Notes under the pieces: generated by a model
What the model was told of the DNA's origin: nothing
Database searches by the model: none
The model's input: only the letters and a program-made list of their open reading frames with translations
In this document: piece by piece, positions 59,701 to 64,000 of the stretch
Layout: every line of letters begins with the position of its first letter
Position numbering within the stretch: the first letter of the stretch is position 1
Source: Raillietiella orientalis
Lineage: Eukaryota
NCBI GenBank assembly: GCA_036172245.1
Contig: JAYWIR010000008.1
Span: 4,526,001 to 4,590,000 of the forward strand
Reading direction: 5' to 3'
DNA length: 64,000 nt
Position numbers and translations under genes: made by a program

Positions 59701-61426
59701 ACAGAATAGAACAAACACTCAGCAAGACTTTTTAATTTGAGGGATTGGATTTCGATTTGCTTTCACGTGCTGTAAATAATCATCATCACTGTATTGGTGT
59801 TCGGCATTGCTACATTTTGAAGTCGAAAAAATCACAAATGGAAAGTAGCTTTATCACATCGCAATTTTTCTTTGAATCTTCATTTGATCCTTTTAACAAG
59901 AAAAGACATGTATCAATAATACCTTCGGAATTTCTGCATTCCTTACGATCTTTTACTTGCCTTATGTTTCTGAAGATTTCGGAAATTCTTCCTTTTTTAA
60001 AAAAATCACTTCTGTGGTTACCTTCCTGCATATAGCCTCGGTGTCTCATACATGCCATCATTCCAATTCCAATTCATTCAGTATTGCATTTCCTGTTTTA
60101 TAATAACTTGTTTGGGGAGGTCTTTATTGATTAGATTCAGGTTTCTGAATGTTTCTTAGCATCAGCATATTTTACTCATTACTTGTTTTGACAATGCAGT
60201 TGAAACCTTTCAATACAAACTTTCAAATGAGTCTTAGATCAATCAAGGAAAAGCACTTATTTTTAAAATCAGGCTTTCAGCTGGTTTTCAAGAATGCCAG
60301 ATTGGCTATCTTTGTAATTAACAAACAGCAATTATAACATAAAATAGGGATAAAGAATTACAATTCCTCTAAATATCTCTTTGATTCATTGAACGTTAAA
60401 AGCATATTTTTCGTTACTTTTGCTGAATTACAACTCCTCTTCAATCACACAACTGTGGAAACATACTTTCATTCAAAGACTTCACATAGAAGTAAGAATA
60501 TTGAAGCTAAGACAGAATTAAAATGAGATTTTTTTTTTTTTTTCGAAATTTGCTCAAATGATTACCGAACTAGATCTCGGTTGATAACCCTTGTGAATTT
60601 AGTAAAAAACTGCAGTTTATAATGCTGTTTCTTATGTCAGCACACAATTGTGACAGAACATATATTTTAAGCAACAACACTGAACCTCACAATTTATACA
60701 GCATTTAAGTTGTGTCTGATAATCTCTCAATCTCCAACCCTGAGATTTTGATTCATGGAAATTTGAATGAAAATAAACAAAATATTATATCAAAGTCAAA
60801 ATTGTGTTTAGAGAATGATATGAAAAGTTTCCATATGCAAAAATGATTCAGAGAATAAGTTTGAATGGTTTCTCGAAGAAATTTACAGATTTACTTTAGA
60901 AAACTGCCTAATTTTCTTTTTTTTTTCTTTCTTCCCAATTTACAGATATCTTTCAAACATTAAGCAATACAAGAGGCATGTTTTCATTGGAGGAAAAAAA
61001 AAAAAAAAACCATTGGAATACAGAAAGAGTGATGAGAAATTGCAATCAAGATTAGTATTTAAACATAAACATAAATAAGGCAGGATTCATATACAAATAA
61101 ATGGAAACAGACATCAAATTGTTTAAGAAAAGCTAGTCTAAAATACTAATCCTTGTGAGTAAAGGCTCAACACAAAAGCAAAACATAAATTCAAATTTTG
61201 GAGAACAAATGTGTCAACATTAATATAAAGTGAATGTACACAAAATGTTGGTCTCTTATTTCTTGTCATTTCAGGAAAAAATTTTTCTACAGGAGTATAT
61301 TCTAAGCTCCATTAATTTTTGCAATTATTTGATTCCATGAAAAATAACTTATGACATTCAACAGTACAATTCAACAATAATGTACAGCCCACTATTTAGA
61401 TATGCAATTAATATCAAAATGGAGCA

Positions 61427-62155
61427 CTAAAATTTCTCAGTTTTTATTATACATGCAATAAGCAACAGAGTGGATGAAATCACCACTGTCATGGTAATAA
61501 CAGAAACCAAAGTCCGTATGCTGAGATTACCAACAGGTATGCTTAATAGCAGATTTTCACTATCAAACATCACCAAAATATTGAAGCAAAAGCTAGCAAA
61601 ATCTTTGAAGTTCAGCAATTCGGATTTTGTGAATAAAGTATTTGGATAGGCTTTTTCACAATAAGCTTTTAAAGGTGGAATTTTTATTATTTCTTTCAGA
61701 GAATCTGCATAGCTAGCATCATGATAACGAATGTGAAATGGAATCGTTAGCTGCATTTTGCTAAAAATTGTATTTGGAACAGGTATATGTAGTTGCAAAT
61801 ATTGTTTACCCGAAGCACTAGAAGGTAATTCAGTTTGTAAATCTCCTTGCAAACTCCAATTAAATACTTTTAATTCAAGAAGATTATTTAACTGATAATA
61901 ATCAAAATATATATCACAAGGAACAATTTGAAGCAATAAAAGTAAATGGCAATAATTAATAGTATCAACCAAACTCGGTGTCTGCACTACAACAATGTTC
62001 AATTGACAGTGAATTCCTGAACAGGTCAAATGTTCATGCACCTTGATGTCAAATGAATTCTCTTGAACATCATTTGAAACTTTGTAGAAAATTGAAACCA
62101 TGCAGATGAGCTGCATAATATTTGAATGAGCAGTCATTTCTTGGAGATGCACCAT
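61427..62155 (-). CDS. PIGX: GPI mannosyltransferase I regulatory subunit PIG-X/PBN1-like, up to 242 aa, intronless CDS
   Basis: Single ORF with GIH..L, VP.DIYFDYYQL, TELPS, IPFHIRYH, IPVGN and a C-terminal TM helix; upstream ttttcAG acceptor (62191-62190) and GTAAG donors near 62481 and 62525 suggest a spliced 5' UTR. Confidence 0.85.
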   Translation of the reverse strand: MVHLQEMTAHSNIMQLICMVSIFYKVSNDVQENSFDIKVHEHLTCSGIHCQLNIVVVQTPSLVDTINYCHLLLLLQIVPCDIYFDYYQLNNLLELKVFNWSLQGDLQTELPSSASGKQYLQLHIPVPNTIFSKMQLTIPFHIRYHDASYADSLKEIIKIPPLKAYCEKAYPNTLFTKSELLNFKDFASFCFNILVMFDSENLLLSIPVGNLSIRTLVSVITMTVVISSTLLLIACIIKTEKF

Positions 62156-62806
62156 GCGAATATAATTATAATGTAATTACATTAAGTTTCTGAAAAAAAC
62201 ATGCCCATTGAAACCTTGAGAAAACTACATTGTAGTTCACTGGAATTGGACAGTTCTCTAATTTCCGAAATAAAACTATTTGATTCCAGTGCTAAGTGAA
62301 TGCATTCCAACAAACAAACATGATAAATCAGTTTCAAATCTTTCTCCACTTTTACTCACCCCACTATTACTTTTACAGTTCAAATAAAATTACTATTCCT
62401 ATTCAAAAGGTACGAATGGAACAGAGGCAAAATTTTGTTATACAGTTTGAATGTCGAAACTTTCCTAGATAACTTCCTTACCATTATTTATCAACTGAAT
62501 CAAAAAATAAACAAGTAATTCTTACTTAGGATGCCCGATTTTGGAGTTTCTTTACCCAACCACAAGAAACACTGCGATTCTCTTCAGCCGTGAAATCCCG
62601 GTCTAGATTTTGCTGGGGCCTACTCTATGGAAGCTTCTAAAAACCAAAATGATTTCATATATCTTTAACGTATGTTATCAAAAACAAGTTCTTAAATTAA
62701 ATTATTTTACGTGGCGTGTTTGTGTGACTGCTTGTTTAGCAAACACGTGTGACATTTGCCTAGTTTTCGGTTGAAATGGATAACTCCCTAGCAGTATATT
62801 GGGAAA

Positions 62807-62824
62807 ACACACACACACACACAC
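62807..62824. repeat. (AC)9 microsatellite
   Basis: Seen directly. Confidence 0.9.
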
Positions 62825-64000
62825 TTGAAATCCTCATCGTTTGATTACCATGTAATCTAATCGTAAGGTTTTCCTGTCGTGAGGTCTTCCTTTATAAATC
62901 GAATTCGTATGGAGTTGGTTTTCCCAAAACTGAAATGGAACCTTCACACTCTTGCAGCCACAGATTTGGCACCCAACTCGAACCCCAAGGGGCGCACCCG
63001 GGGATCCCAGCCAAAATCCAGAGGAAGGGAAAACTCGGAATTCTTGAAGCAGATGCCCGGGCTGGGAAACTGAGGTGTGTGATTTATGCTTGCAGTTTAT
63101 GCCGGATGGCCGCAGGTCGAACTGCATCTGATAAGAATCTGCAAACCATGTGGTTCTTGGATTCCGTCTTCAAAGATCCGGTCCTGGGAATGATCCCACA
63201 GTTTGATTCACCTGCCCACTCGAAGGCATTTGGGAGGATAAATCTTCCCAACACTACTTTTCGGTTCTTCTGGACCATCTCCTCCATTTCTTTCAGAACG
63301 CTTTGCCGGAAAATCCTTAATCTGTAAAGCACGATGAGTGCTTTGTATGGCAGAGTTGATCTGCTAAAGATCACTGGGTGTAATTGGGTTATGTTGTTCC
63401 GATCGTTTGCGCTCGCTAACTTTGACCCAGAAAAAAAAAAAAAATTAGGGAAATCCAGATGCCTGCAATTTACTTCTCTCGAAATCATCTTATATGCTTC
63501 CTCCCCATGCCTGTTTGATCTCCGGAACATTTTCGTTACACAAAACATGCTGAATCATTTCAGGCACCACTACGTCTTCCACAAGGTTATGATAGGCACT
63601 TTGTCAACTCATAAAATATCCTTATTTGGCAACTGATATTTAATAGAATCACTATAATAATGCTCTTGGAAGTTTGTAGAAAAGTGTGCTTTGAAAAGTG
63701 TACTACAATACTTAAATGTTTAGAATGCTGTGGGAATATAAGATAAAAAGAATGGAAACGGATAGGGAAGTCATAGAGAGCAGGACAGCTATGGTTATGG
63801 GAGCCGTACAGCAGTAGAGTAGGAGAAATGTTATCATCATGCCAGGGGATTGGAGTGGATTTAAATCGAGGTGGTAGGTGTTTGAAAGGGCTACTATTGC
63901 AACTGTTGATTTGGAACCACAAAGGATAGAAATGGTAATAGGAGTGGGAATAATCGTTGGGGAATAGAGGTGTCTTTGGGAAACTTGGCAGAGGTTGAAA

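Noticed and set aside
62834..63636. Possible gene exons at the right end
   Set aside because: Some splice-like sites, but no consistent spliced frame or recognisable protein on either strand.

Overview
Eukaryotic (invertebrate, probably nematode-like; inference) genomic DNA with two sharply different compositional domains. Positions ~1-46.6 kb are GC- and CpG-rich. They hold a tandem, co-oriented (minus-strand) array of three secreted astacin (M12A) metalloprotease genes: two complete 12-exon genes ending in three ShK domains, plus the first three exons of a third. These sit among degraded non-LTR retrotransposons, a tRNA-headed SINE family, a mariner relic and a piggyBac relic. Positions ~46.6-64 kb are AT-rich and carry compact housekeeping genes, also on the minus strand: ZNHIT2-like and MARCH1/8-like genes with mostly 39-49 nt introns, and a PIG-X-like gene with an intronless CDS. 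A second piggyBac relic and LINE debris are also present. Most notable: all three astacin promoters share the same ordered module (ACCAGCATG - E-box - TATA); MARCH and ZNHIT2 have an operon-like spacer; and one SINE copy is 3'-truncated yet has a perfect 17-bp target-site duplication. All gene models were spliced by hand, with no database search.
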